DNA of 64,000 bases from Klebsormidium nitens (Eukaryota > Plantae > Klebsormidiophyceae). The stretch spans positions 1-64,000 of the forward strand of contig DF237354.1 in the NCBI GenBank assembly GCA_000708835.1, read 5' to 3'. Position 1 is the first letter of the stretch. Each line of letters begins with the position of its first letter. The notes beneath the pieces are model-generated. The model saw only the letters and a program-made list of their open reading frames with translations. It had not been told where the DNA came from and searched no databases. Below are positions 23,713-43,300 of the stretch, piece after piece. The position numbers and the translations under genes were made by a program.

Positions 23713-26167
23713 TTACCCGTCTGAGTGGAACGTATTATTGAACTTCCAAGTTCTGCACGAGTCTACCCAGCCGTCTACGACTACAGTCGGTTTCAGCGAG
23801 TACGCAGCTGCCGTCTCGCCAAACGTGCTCTTCGTGATCAGTAACCGGTCCATTTGCGTCAAGAGCCACCAGTCTATGTACGTCTTGGCAGCCGCCTCTA
23901 TGGTCGTCGACTCTAAAATATGCGAGGGCATGTGCTTTGTGCTAAACGACCGGATCCCGAACTGGAACAGGTTCGTGTTCAAGTAATCTATCGCCTGCTG
24001 GTTGTCGCTCGTCACAAACACGATTACCCGTTCCCGTAACCTACTCCGATCGTCCCACTTGTCGAGCTCGTTCATTGACTGCGTGCGCCTCCTAAACTCG
24101 TCTCTGATGATGTCGAACATTAGGTCTTCGTAGCACTCTAGCGGGGGGGGCTGGATGTGCCCCGTCAAAAACCCGTCGATGATCGGTGCTCCCTCCATTA
24201 CGTACGTCCGAACCTGCACAAGCAAAGATCAAAATATTTTGAGAACCAGCTCAAAGTAAACGGTTGACTGCCGTGACTTGAATTTCTGGAGAGTTGGAGA
24301 CCAATGAGCTGGCAGACCAACCAGAACACTCGAACGGCGTGGCCGGTTCGTAAGGCGATCGTGTGGGTCGTGGACAGCTGTCAGATCTTATTGACAGCGA
24401 TCGTGTGGGTCTTGTACAGCTGTCAGATCAAATCAAGGTCAGATTTAAGCTGCGCTGGGCCATAGCCAGGGTGGCGCTTTATCAACACACATTAGCATGT
24501 TGTTCTCCAACGAAATTCGAAGTTCTGCACCTGTGTTCATCACCAAGTACTCAGAACATTCTTCAGAATTTTGATCATGCGAGGAGCCTTCTGGCCTTGA
24601 GGACGCTGGCCAGAGAGGACACAAACAGTTCATCCAAAAGGCGTCCCTTACTATGTATCACCTCGGAAAAAGTCAAGTGAAGTGAGATTCCAGATTTTGA
24701 CAGCTGTCAACCCGCAACCGTGTGGACAAATTCCAACTAGCCCTTCGAACCAATACTTGTGAAGCAGGGCCTGTCACTAACAAGCAGTGGCCGGTCCATC
24801 TTGTCTCTCTTTCAAGCAGAGTCGCCTTCATGCATTTTTCTCTAATTTTCCAAAAGTTCCTCCTACGTATTCGGTCCATTGGGAGGTTCAGGAGTGGACA
24901 GACGTGAGGCATCCAACAGATGCAGAAACATAAATGCCTCACTTTGGACGCTTGAACACCAAAAGTAACTCTCATCATACATCCCAGGTCCAGAGGCTGG
25001 CAACCAAGTCGACAGAAAAAGTTGGACACCGATTTCAAGCCGGTCTTTGTCATGGGGTAAATGCTGAAGCGTATCCTGACCTGAACTGTATCTCACCCCA
25101 CTTCTGTGACTCTTTCCCTGTCCTTTTAGCTACTCTCAAAGGCTTGGGAATAGCAGCCTTTGTAAGTGTCCTTTTACCACCCCCAGACCAAAAAGTGTTC
25201 AAAGGAGTAGAGTGGGTGGTTTAAAGCTCACCTGTACACCAATTTTGATCGTGTCCGGGTCATGCCAGTCCGGAAACCGCCGCACGTACTGGTCCATCTC
25301 CGCTTGAACGCACGGCGACGGCTTGAACAACACCCGCAGCGCGACCGGGAAGAGATAGTGCTGCGGCAGCTTATCCATGTGGTAACCCTGGACTTCCTTC
25401 TTCAGATGCTCGTTCGTCAGGTATGCCTGCGGGTAGCCTAGGTTACAGATAAACCGGTGCAACCGCTTCCCGCTAAGCTCCTGCTCCGCGTCGAACGTCT
25501 CCACGTCGACTTTCCACAGCCGCTGGGGCCACTGGATCAACCAGTCCCAGAACTGCGTGTCCTGCTGCGAGCGCAGACTCGACTGCTTCAACAAGTTTCT
25601 CCCCACCGTGTCAACCTGCGCTAGTTCTGGTTTCGGCTCGTCAACCTCGTCGAACGGAGTCTGTATCCGTCCTTCCAGACCCTCGGCCCAAGTGCACGGC
25701 TTCTTGCTTTGCTTCCCCGTCTCGTTGTTGCCGTTGATTCGCCAGTCGTGTAACCGCGGCACCATGAAGTTTTCCAGTGGGTACGGGATGGGAGCGTTGA
25801 TGAAGAACGAGCTTCCCGTCAACACCGACAGATAGAACAGCGTGGAGATGCCCCGCAACCGGTCCCCCAAACCGTAACACTTCCCCTGCTCCAAGCAATC
25901 AAAGATGATGACTTTGTGAGACGGGTCTCCCTGCGCCGCCAGCAGTTTTGCGTGGTACTGCTCAGCGATACCGTCGGCTGCCCTGTCCAGAAACGCATGG
26001 GTTTCGTCTGGAACCCGGACGGTGAGCGAGCGGCGGAGGTTGGGCCCTGGGGAGTTGATGTTCAACTTGAGTTGGTGCCAGAGGAAGATGAACTGGAGTA
26101 GAACCACTAGGAACACTGTGCTGCAGTGAAACCCCGAGCGAAACGGCAGATGCCTCGAGAGCTTCAT
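23713..26167 (-). CDS. Type II membrane fucosyltransferase-like glycosyltransferase (GT37/GT23-like GT-B fold), ~478 aa
   Basis: Exons 26167-25232 and 24213-23713 (phase 0). N-terminal TM (TVFLVVLLQFIFLW), then GLGDRL, IGVQVR, VFVTSD and DWWLL...STFG, matching alpha-2/alpha-6 fucosyltransferase motifs. Confidence 0.75.
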
Positions 26168-27414
26168 TGCGCCCCTGGGGCATTTGTGGAGAGGGCAGAA
26201 TCACTTCTCTAAGTTCATGAGTACAGAAAACCCACTAAAGCTCCCAGATTCAGGTCCTGGTTTGCTGATCTTCCAAGATCTGACTTTTTCGAAGGGGAAT
26301 GGGGGGTGGGGTTACGGTTCTCGCAAAGTACTGTTCCTTTACTGACATCTTCTACAGGCGCTAGGGCAGCAAGAGGACAATGGCGGCCACACCATCTCAG
26401 GAAGTCCTGAAGTTTGAGAGACGAACGCTTCTGACTCTCCTGCGCTTCTCCGGCATTGCGCGCATGTCCTAGCAACAGAGGCTCAGAAACTTGCAGAATG
26501 CTGACCAAAGCAAGCCGGGCAGTCGCAACTCACGAGTCACCGTTGACATTTTCAGAACGTGCAAACTGATCGTACCGACCAGTTTGACGGGTCGCCACGA
26601 ATTCCGCGCGCCATTTATGACGCTAGCGTCGCAACGGAATCCTGAAAGTCCGTTTGGCTGCTTCCGCTACTGTAAATGTTCCGCTCCGCTAGACTGGTTC
26701 GGCAATGTCCGGCCGCTTAGGGACATCATTACATTTGCTCCCTCGTAAATCTTCCCGGAAAGTTCATTCCGAGCATCCCATGAGACACAATCTTCCGTGT
26801 TAGATGGTGCTCGGGGATTGTCGTTGTGGTCGCCGGGTACCTTAATTTCCCGGGGACAGAGTCAAAGGTTTCAATGATCAACTGGCTTTGGATCCAGTCA
26901 AAAGTGGACACCTGTGCTGTTCGAGTTGTACGTGATCCCCTTGCTTTTTGCAGGGGGTACCGATACGTCCTCTTATCTACCCCCTGCCGATAAAGCTGCC
27001 CTGACCGTTTCGGAAAGCATGCTAGCCGTTGGATATCTAGCCTACTTATCGGACGAATCTTGTATGTAGATGATGTTATTCTCATCGACCGTCAAGATAC
27101 ATCTGCTTTCAGATCACATTTACTGGCAAGGTCATGTTTTTAAGCCCGCATTTCTAGATGCCAGCTGTCCAGCCCTCTGCAGAGAAGATGCTGATCACCT
27201 GCTGACGGGCGCAGCTCACCAGGCGATGGCGCGCGTTCCAGAGAGATCTCGCAATGCTGCAGCATTGCAGGAAGCTGGGACTCGGAGGACGAGTAAAGCT
27301 TCTTCCAAATCCCTTCAGATTTGAATTTTACAGCATTTGGTCAGTCAAACGCCAAAGTCAAATTCGAGCATTAAGTTGTTGAGCGCACCTTGTTCTCCAC
27401 TCTGATTCAACATC

Positions 27415-32792
<5,378 letters not shown>

Positions 32793-34310
32793 CTAGAGGA
32801 CCGCTTGTGTTTGTGCGTGCTTTAGAGTTGTGGGCTGGCCAAAGGAGGAGCCGTTATAAAAAGATAGTCGGTTTTTTGGTTGGTTTCGCAGGTCTGCTAA
32901 TATTGCGTTTTTCGTGTACCATAGCACAGTCAAATATCCGAGAAAGCCTGAGACATTTTGATGCCTGCGTAGGTAGAAACCCTAGTAGTGGCCCATGTAG
33001 ATTACAAGATGCAAGGACGCTTGTTCATTCAACATTAAGAACGCATTACAGTCAAATGACAAGCTTTTCTTCTTCATTCTGAGCGCTCTTCTCATTTGTT
33101 CTGCCTCAAAACCTGACACGTGGAGGGTCTTTTGGAGGCACATGCCGCCTTGCACCAACTCCGAGTAGGGCGTGTGAATACAGTTTCCGTCGCAGATCGA
33201 TGTCGACATGAAGTCGATACACCTCAAGGGAAGTTGGGCACGTCCTCCCTCAGAGGCCCAATTCCTGTGATCTTTTCCAAGAGAGAAAGAGCTTTTGCAA
33301 CCTTCTGGCGTTGATCAGGCTTCAACTTCCAGAAAAGCAAATCGATATTGTTCTGGCTTCCTGCGGTAGAGTAATTTTGGGCTCGTGCTCAGACTCTAGT
33401 GACGCAGACCAATTTCGACCGGAAGAAGGGTGAGCGGGACAGGACTGGCGCTCTGCGGGTCCCGGAAACGAGGCCTGATTCTGCAACGTGAGGGGAGTGG
33501 TTAAAGCGGACCTGCGTCGTCAATGCGGGGTTGATGCGCAAGCGAGGCGGAAACGGCGAGAGCGTTCAAGAAGGTTTTCTTTAGGTGAGGGTTGAAGGCA
33601 GGTTTCGTATCTGTGCACTCGAGAACGAACTTGGACGCTTTGGCCGTTTCAAAATCCACGATGGCAGTTGGAGGGAACGATTGAGATTGTGGTGGGGAAA
33701 ACATAAGTACTCTGGTTATAGTTGGGAAGATGGGTCGTCGAATAGGCACGTCACACATATTAACAGTGATGAATTGGGTTCAGAGCTTCCTTTTGGCCGA
33801 CCGGTCTAGCTGGCCGTTTGTCGAGCTAGGGTTTTTAACTTCTTTGTGCGAGTATTTAACCAGTTTGGCCTATCACTATCACTGTGCCCGCGCTTTTTTC
33901 TTATGTGCTCACCAATCATTCCGATCTGCTCGGTTTCTTGTGAACGTCTCTCCGGTGTTCGCATAAGTAAACTTCGTTCTTCTTTGGCTCAGTCTGTCAC
34001 ACGCACAGAGGGCTCGTTGCACGAAAGACTTTTGAGGTTGTCTTCCAGATATTTACCTGTTATACTTCTTTACGAAAACAATTGATTCTGGGTTGGAGTC
34101 AAGGTTATACCGATGCTAAAGGTGGTGGCTCTGATAGCAATTTAGCTGAGAGAGCGTCTCTCACTTGCGTGATTTTCATACTTGATGCCATGGTGATCGG
34201 TTCGAAGAAGAGCGTGGCAGAAATTAACCGCCCTCGATCTAAAGTACGATGGCTTGGGGCACCCCAGCTGATTGCCCGTATCCATTTTCGTTTCCTTACT
34301 GGCTTCCCAT

Positions 34311-34358
34311 TTCCGCTTGCACTTCCGCTTCCGCTTCCGTTTCCGCTTCCGTTTCCGT
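34311..34358. repeat. Imperfect hexamer microsatellite (TTCCGY)x8
   Basis: Eight consecutive 6-nt units: ttccgc ttgcac ttccgc ttccgc ttccgt ttccgc ttccgt ttccgt. Confidence 0.9.
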
Positions 34359-37300
34359 CCCTTCCTTCTTCGCCTGCTTTTGGGCTTCCTTACGCGCTCA
34401 CAAGCGCACAACCAACTGTTTAAAGGAGTTCGCAGCTCTGCCGAAGCTGCGGTATACCCAGTCCAGTGCTGCACTGCGCAGTACAAGGCGCGAGTGTGTG
34501 TCGTGGCGACTACCTTATCCGAGTATGAGATTCTTTGGGCGCCGAAATCAGGACCTGGCAGTTACGAGACGCCGCCTTCAAGTATGTGGACACGTATTCT
34601 CTTAAAATTTGTCAAAAGACGTCGCCTATCAAATTCTGCTGTTTCGATTATGCTTGTAACTCGCACCTCTGTTGCTATTCGTATGAAGTGCCTTAAGTGA
34701 CGTTCGGCGTCTTCCTTAACCCTAAAACGTCGACGTAAGCAAGACTTGGGTTTCTACATCCACGTGTCCACATTGTAAAACCCGTAAGAGACAGAGGGTG
34801 CGTTCGGTCCGTCGTCTGGCTACCTGAGTGCACCCGATTCAAGCCTAGTGGCAACCTTGTACAGTTCGATTAGCGTGGCTGCTGGCTATGATGCGTCTCA
34901 ATCCCGAGTACTTTCGTGCTCAGCCTAACTGCGCTCTGATGTCCGCTACAATATACGTATCGAATGCATCCCGTTTGTACAAACGCGCTAGTCCATCTAC
35001 CTCGAGGACCGATTGGATAGAAAGACGCTCTTGCAAGAATCGTCATTGTTGACGTTCTAGCCGGGAAGACCTAACGCTGCCGACTTGTCAACCCGTGTTC
35101 TCTTCGATGCTTTGCTTAAATTTTGCAACTTTGAATGCGGCTGGGGAACCAATCTTTTTGACCTTCTTGTGCTCAGCCGTATGCAGGCTCGATGAAGAGT
35201 ATTCATATACAAAAGTCTTACCGATTGTCCCTTGCCCGTCCGTGATGCGATTGATGGATGTTCAACGCGCCGAGCGCCGTGTCCCTCACTGAATGGCCAT
35301 TGAATCCGGTCCTGACATTCTCAACTAGACTTTAGTTTGCCATTTTCCTCTAGAGCGCTCCTTTCATTCTCCCGGCCAAGCTCTTCTTCTGTCCCTTAGT
35401 AACTTCTGATGCCTCCTAAGTGAGTTTTTAGGCTACCTACCAGCCAACCTAAATGGATCCTCGGGCTAGTACGTGCCCTTTCAAAATAGCGTGAACAGTA
35501 TGAAGCTTTTGCTCCACAGCCTTACTTCGAGTGGGTGACTCAGAACAGATTATGGTTTGGGACCAGATTTTGATTGTGATTGTTAATTTGGTCTTAAAAG
35601 CGTTAATGTTTAGCTTTGGCATCAAATTGTACACGGATGCCGCCTTCGTAGGGTTCAAAGAGCGGTTTGAACGGGCCATGATCCAAGTGTCCAATGGCAA
35701 CAAGGCCGGTTTGCCCGGCTTGCTCGCCAGCGGAGATCCCAGAACACTTCTGGAGACGCCTCACGCATATTGCATTCTTTCAAGCCCCGGACTTTAGCGG
35801 GGCTTTCGCACCCTCTTGACCAAATTCAGCACCAATCAACGGCGGAATCTGCTTTATCCGTGTCCGCTTGCAGCTTTAGAAAGCTTTTCTACGTTGGCCA
35901 TTGGGCCCAGCTAATTTCCGTTGGCAGTTCTTGACCGCGTGGTGCAATGAATTAACGGTCACAGGGTAGAGATCCACTGCCACCTGTCAGGTACTGGAAT
36001 CTTTCACCTTCGTCTAGAGTGCGCTCTGTGACACTTACGCTGGCGCTCCAGATCCTTCATTGCCCTGGAATATTTCTCGAGTACTTGTTGAAAAGATGTG
36101 TTTCATTGATTGGACAACGTCTCAATGTCTGACCGTAAGCGACATTGAGCACGTATTGCATTCCTGCCCGCAAGGATTTGCAACGGCTGTCCAGCCAGTC
36201 AGCATGTTTGTTCAGATTTGACAATTTGGTTGAAGCGCTCTGTTTGTTAGCTATGATGGTAGACAAGCTGCTGAGTAGCGTCTCAACACCCTTCATCCGC
36301 CACCCGGTGATGCTAGTGTCGAAATTCGAGGTTTTACAGGAAGTGCTTTCGATCCGATGGCACCTGTCAGACGGGGGTGCACCGAGAGGCCGCCTTAAAG
36401 CTGAACCACGCTTTGCTTTCTGTGCGCCTTCCAACTTTCATTCTTCTTATATCCTTCTGGGGCACGCTGAGTCGTATGGCACTCATAGAAGTATTCGATG
36501 AGTGCCCAGTTCGATTGAGCGAGGAAGTGTCGTTTGCTGTGCATCCGTGTACCCAAAGACAGAAAATGTTTTGCAATAGCGGTTTTGAGGTCAGTCCATT
36601 AGCAACCACTTCCTCTCCCCCGTTCCTATAGTCTCCGGGATTAGGAGCCTTTACGTCCTCCTTGTCTTGATATCTGCTGCATTGATTGGGCAGGTGCTGT
36701 TCCGCCCCGCAGTTTCCCGCAGTTATGTCGTCTTTAAAGAAAGTAAATGTGGCAATACGGGGACCAATGCGTGTTCAGCCTGGCACGCCCCGTGAATGGC
36801 AATGACCACTTTTGGCGACAAACCAGTGAGCACTTCTGACGCTCAGGAAAATGGCCAACGACGGAGTGCCGTCGCTGCCTTTCTACGTTCGAGAAATGTT
36901 GGAGAGGTGTCGCTATCCCTGTCATCTTGCAGGAATGGGAATCTTCAAGTATGTGAATATGACTTTTGACCCCAAGGTTGTATATCCACACGGAAAGCTT
37001 TTCTCGCGCAGAAGTTTATGAATCATTCTCTCTCGTCTGACGATTTTCAGTCACTGGGCACCGTCAAGTCTTGATTACCACGGCCCGAACATTCATTCGA
37101 GCATCATGAAGGTCCAAGTCATTATGTCGAAAGTTTGTCCCCGTGAGCTCGATGTCTGGTATGCAGTACATGGTCGGTTCTGAAGGTCTTTTTGTGGTGT
37201 CTTTGGTAGACCGTGATGAATGTGGGAGCTCTGAGGACCACAATTCCTCAGATGTGATTTTCCTGCAGCACCTTACGTCAGCGCGTACCCGTACGCAGCG

Positions 37301-40300
37301 CGTTTATGCTCGTTTAACTCGCTGCCCTGTTCGCGGGCCGCGCTGTCCCGGGCGCTCCCGCATAACCCGTAGCCTTTCGTTCTGTTGCCGTTCTTCGTGC
37401 TATCTTTGAAAAGACAGTACCGCAAGCTTGCACCCATGCTATCAACATAGCTGCTGGGACTTGGTCGGTTCACTTTTGTTTTCAGCCGTCCAGCCTGTGA
37501 ACAGGCAGTTCTGCATGTTCTTTGACTTGTGCTCCTTAAATTTCGGATCCTGGATTGAATAAAAGCTTCCAAGCTTGCAACCCACGTAGTAACTTAAACG
37601 AGCCCTTCCAATCTGCGTTCGCCCACAAAACGCTTTTCATTGATAGATTGCAAACAGCGGACGAATTTCAAACGATTCAAGTCATTTGGTGCTCCTCTTG
37701 TCGCGCGTTGGAGAAAAGTTTCATTCCGATCTTTCTTGGTGTTTCAAGCTCCTGCCTATTCGAAGACAGGCTCCCAGAAGTTTCTCGATGAAGATTCGAC
37801 CACTTGCCTTGTAATTCTGTTGTCGCAACATGCAGCTTTCTCGTTCCGTTGAATAGGAACTCGCGAAAGTTGCAGCTGCCAGGATCAATACGCTTCAAAG
37901 CTCAGATCGTTCATTGTTGAATGGAAAGGCGGTAAAAAGGGTCATGACGAAGGACGCCTTTGAGATTCACCGTCTCAAGAGGATTGTGGTGGGGCACCCG
38001 GAGGAGCCAGCTTCACGTCTACCTTGGTTTTATTTGCACGCCTGAATGTGGAGATTCTAAGCGACGGCTCTTGAGATCAATACATCTTTGTACGAGCTGC
38101 TATAGGACCTAGGTGTTTATTTTTCTCTCCGTGCATGGGCTCACTTAGCATCTTGAACTGCTGCTCGGACTTTTCTGGACATATGTAGATTGCCGCTTTG
38201 ATTCTTTGGGATTCGACCGTCAATGGGTTTTGTACAGATGTTTCCAACCTTGTAAAAGCCCGACATGCTTGCTTTCTGCGGCAGTCAGGGCATTCTCTCC
38301 CTAAGCACAAGATCACCGCATCAGGGTGTCTCCACACTGGATAGAAGCCGACGACGATCCTCCGAGCTTCTATTTGTGTCTGTAACGTAGAATCACACAT
38401 TCTGAATCTCCTAGAGCCTACTTATTCCCGTCGTGGGCGCATCCGCGCTCAGCGGAATCAGTCTGCAAACCTGAGACAGTTTCTAGGATATGCCACATGG
38501 ATATTAGGTCCCACTGTGTTCGATCAACTTATGGCACGTGGGTCTGACGGCAATCTCCTGAAGCTCTAGTTCATGGCCATGACGAGGAGATCATGACAAT
38601 GGAAGTTTTTAGTGGGCTTACCTTTCATCATCTTGGGCTCCGTCACGCGCATAGCATGTTTGTCTGCCGAGCTTCCAGGCTTAATGCAGTCGCTTCCGCC
38701 AGATGTTAACAGCTTCCGTCACTTGCTTTACGGGCTCTGTGCGACGAATCAGTACCATTTTGTTGGAGGCTCCGTCTGATTGACGCAAAGGTGGTGGCTG
38801 AGATAGCCGAGATACTGAGAAGTAGTGGCCCTCAGTCATGATGGTGTTCAATTTGATGCCGTCCATGCGCCCGAAGATGTTAATATTGCAAAGAGCAGCT
38901 CCTTTCACTTACACTTCACTTTAATCTGGATATGAGGGTTTGGCGGAAACCGAACTATCTGCTCTTGATTTTGCCTTCTTTTCAGCCTGCTTCTTCTTTC
39001 TTGAACGCTCTCTCTAAGGAAGGCGCTGGAACACGCTTGCTAGCGTTTGCGTCATGTTGACGTCTGTAGTGACGTTTCCGATGCCCAGCTGGCACGCCAG
39101 GCGCGAGTGCATATTGCGGCGACTAGAACGCCCTTGCACGGGCCTCTTGGCAGCCGACGACAGATTTCACACAATCCTCTGGCGACGCGTTCTTCTCTGA
39201 TGGTTTGTCCGTTCATTTTTACTTCGCTCATTTGCCCGCACGTTATCGTGCACCTCCACTGTATCCCACACCATTTTTGCACCCCTCTTGGTGTGCGGCT
39301 GACCTCGAGAAATCTCACCCAAGCGATTTTCTTTCGGTGCGACAACAAGAACGAATTCTATTATACGTCTTTGCACTTGTTTGTGCCCACTACTCCGACT
39401 ACGCCAAACTAAAATAGTATAAATCAAGGAAGTCAGGGACGAAGATATGCAGCTTGTCTGGCAGTGATGTACCCAGATATCGAGCACTTTCTTGCTCATA
39501 GATGTCTAGGAATTCTCATGAAGCCACATGGTTCAAGGGTCCGGCACGTTCTCGTCTTCCTTGGTGTGAGGTTTCGTGACCATATTGTAAGCGAATATAT
39601 TCCGGCCTCCCAAAAACATCACCTACATCTCCGAACCCATAGACTCTGTCCAAAAGCCGCTGTTTCCTTGAGCGTAGCCTACTACTCAAAAGTCTCCAAA
39701 TATAGCAATTCTTTTTTCTAATTGTTCCGATTGTCATCCAATCGTGCCAGCCTTGTTGACAATGATGTACGAAGCATTCAGCGTCGTGTCTCAGTGGCTT
39801 TGCGTATGGTGATGACGTCAGCGCAGTCTTTTCGCATCACTATTCTGCTTAATCTCATCCGTCTGCTGAAAGCTATTGTCTGACTCCAGATTCGTCCTGA
39901 ACACAATTGTCCGTCTTCCTGTGCTGGTATCTTGGGGGGCGAGGCTGGCTCTGAACCGGGCCCAAAATGGCTCTTTTTTGATTTCATTCCACTCCCGGGG
40001 GGCGCAGCTTAAGGATCAAAACTTTGCTTGGTCTTTGTTTATTTGCTACAAAGACTCACCTAGGTTATTGCCTGCATTTGTTAAAAGAATGCTTGCATCT
40101 TGCTCCAGGTGTTTTTGCAAACGAAGTGGAGCCAGGTCCCGCTTGACCAATGTACATATATAACGAAGGAGCGGCCTGGCAGTTTTCGAGGCAGTAGCGG
40201 GCTTGTTGTGGCCATTCCGCAAACTGCTTAAACCGGGAGCTCGTTATGTCAGACTTAAACGTTCGGCTTCGGTTCCGAGCCAAGGCGTCTAACGGCCGTG

Positions 40301-43300
40301 AATTGCGCCATCCTCGATCTGCGCGCTGATTCCTTATTAACCCAGAGCTTTTCATGAATTGTTTGGACAATGAAAGACGAAGCGCGCCGAGCGCCACTGC
40401 CGCAGGCATTTATCGTGTATTGCAGCTTGTCTGACGTTGCCACGCTACAAATTGCTATTGCCGCGTACTCCGGCCTTGATTTCAGGCTGGAGCGTTCGTT
40501 TACAAAATTGCGTCGTTTGGGCTCCACTTGAAGGGTAATTGCAGCTTGGAGAGACTTTCCATTGAAGACCTTCGATGGCTCCTGGTTCAACCTGATAGGA
40601 AGCGGGCCCCGAAGCTGCCTCGGAAAGCTGACGGAAGCGTCCAAGCTTACCCCCACTTTGAGGCCACTTTTTAAAACTGAAGGGCTGCCCGGCAAACCGG
40701 AGGCGGTATGGTTATGCGCCTGCACCTGTCTTTAAGGTTCATCACGCAGAGCCGCGCAGGGCGGCCGCGTGAGTCGGCGTTCGGAAGGCTTACATGCGCG
40801 CCGACCCGCGGGCAGGGGCGGCGGCAGCACATCCGCAGTGCGCGGCCGCGGGAACGGCAAACCCGCTGGTGCAGCCAAATGGACGGCCAGAAATTTTGGA
40901 GCAATGATGCTTCACAGTGGGTCATGCAGAGCGCCGCGCCCACAATGTAGAAATAGTCCTGGACATCAAAGTCGTGAGCAATTGTCGAGCTTTGAAACGA
41001 ATCGGGAAGTATCGCAAATCTTCGCTTCGATAGCCAACCACGTGCTCGCGATCGAGCGACGGCGTTAACGTCCGCGCTTTTGCTTCTTCTTGCTGACTTC
41101 ATCGGTTGGACATTTTGGGTTTTCGTTCATGTCCCTTGGAATGTAAAACCCATTCCTTCAAGAGAGCTGTGTGACAGTGATGGACACAGAACTGGGTTAT
41201 TTCTGAACCACATTCGTTTTTTCACCGTTACCCTCTTGACGTTGTCACGGCACGGGTCGCCATCTTAGGAGGCCGTTGGTTGATCTAAGTCGGTCTCAAC
41301 CCTGTAAAATCCTTTTTTTGTGACTCAAAGACTCAACCTCTCACGAGATGTCTGTTCCTTGATCCAAGGCTCTGTTTCCTTGAACCCTTGCGATGAGTAT
41401 GAGCAAGGGGACTCCTGGTCAGAAACATTTAACGATGCATTTATCATGCAGCGCCGGCTATGATAGCTGAGTGACGAAAGTGAGAATCATAGTTTCTCAA
41501 CCGTCATAAGTGTTGTACTTGATGCCAGCTTGCATTCATCAGAGATAATCGACCGAGAGCAGCTCATATTTTCCCCCCCAGCAGAAGATCAGTGGGCCCG
41601 TACCTTGACCGGTTCTCCTTTGACCTTTGGGCGCCACGTTTCAACGTCCCGTCGCCGCGCCCACGATTTTCTGTGTTTCGTCTTCAGATTTTATCATTCT
41701 TTGCGAAGTGGTACGTTTGAGAGCATATTTGTTAGCAAAAGCGCGCCTTGAGCTTGCGGCGCGTCTTGCGAGACACGTCTAAAGGTCTACGTATCCTTCA
41801 GCAAAGTGAATGACGACTGTCTAAAAGAAACTGCAGGTACTCCAAGTACTCCGTCTACATCAAACAGGTAAGGCTGGTCTGTTGAGAAGATACGCACGGT
41901 AAAGAGCTGTGTGGGTGCACGTTTTAGATTGCAAGCGAGTGGCTATGTGTTCATTGGCAAGGACGGTGCTGACACATGAGCAACGGATCTGCTCAGGTCC
42001 GCCTTCGACGTGATGCCAATGCGAAAGACGTTTGTTTTTTCGGCGGTTCCTCCTGCCAAGAAGCTATATGACCCTTTCTTTCGGTTGATTAGTCACTGGA
42101 AGATCAGACTTCGTCTAGGTTATTCAAGCGGTTGCGTTCTTGGGAAGAAGGTCCTTTCACTTGGACGCTGCTTTCCTGGCTGGTCGCTCTCGGATTGCCG
42201 TTACCGTAAAGACAACTCCTACAAAAAGTCCTGTTTGGGTGCTTCACCCTTTCTTCAATTCTGGACCATGCACGTTATAGCGCGCTAAGCTCCGGATCTC
42301 AGGCGGCGGCCATCATATAATACCAGATCGATGGGCCCCTTATAAATCGAAGGAAGGTGCCGTGCATCCTCTATCACATTGTAGTAAGTACAGACGGTCA
42401 GGTTGACAGGCGATTAAAGTTGTTCCCCTTTGATCGAGTCGGTGAGAATGTGTTGATGGGCGAGGATCGAAATCGTTGTTGGCAATGCAAGGAGAGGGCT
42501 TGCCAGAAGGCTTTTGTATCCATCCTTCGGATGCTCGATTCAACTGCACGGTCAGTTTAATGGGAGTAACATGTTTCTGAGTGGCACGTATTGATGGGAA
42601 TGATTTAAGTTTGGTTTGGACCAGTTCTACATCTTCCACGGCCCTCGAGATTGCTTTACAGCCCGGCTGAAAGTTTATGAAATCCAACTTCGCGGTGACA
42701 GCATGTCTGAAGGAGAAGAGGAATTCAAGTGCAGAAAGTTTAGCGTTTAAACGTAGAGAGGGCGTTCAACAGTTCGATACGCTCTGAATGCTGGCAAGAT
42801 CGAGAACAATCCGACACAGGCCGGAATTAGAAGGCCGGAAAAACGTATGTAAGGCGGGATTCGAAACGAATTAGGCAACTGCAGAATGACCAGTCCTCTT
42901 CGTGAGGGTCTTCTCACGAGTGGGACGAGGTTTGTGCATGATTTGCGAGAGCATTCGCGAAAGGCTGACGTCAAAACCCGGAGATTCTGAGCCCATGTTC
43001 TCAGAGCTTCCTTTTCACAGTCAGCGGTCAGCATGTGGCGTCTCGGTTCCAGGTCACCCAAGAATCGACGAAGAGGCTTCGCGGGCGGCAACCTTGATGT
43101 GAAAGGTAGGAAAGACGGAGCGCAGGCGCATGCCAGAGTCGTGGCACAATTCGCCGCGCGTCCCGCAAATTCAGAGATGGCATGTACACCAGTCGCCAAG
43201 AAGGCACCAGAAAGCGCTTCGCATCTCGATTCTGTCTCAATGAGATTGAAAGAAGTCAGCTTTCGGGCGGATAGACTGCTCGATGTCTACGAAGATGCAC

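Noticed and set aside
33501-33758. IVDFETAK resembling a kinase DFG-region motif
   Set aside because: No HRD/catalytic-loop or VAIK motif in any nearby frame; too short to call a kinase pseudogene.
34142-34486. ORF with KRKRKRKRK, suggesting an NLS or protamine-like protein
   Set aside because: It is one reading of the (TTCCGY)n microsatellite, and the flanks have stops.
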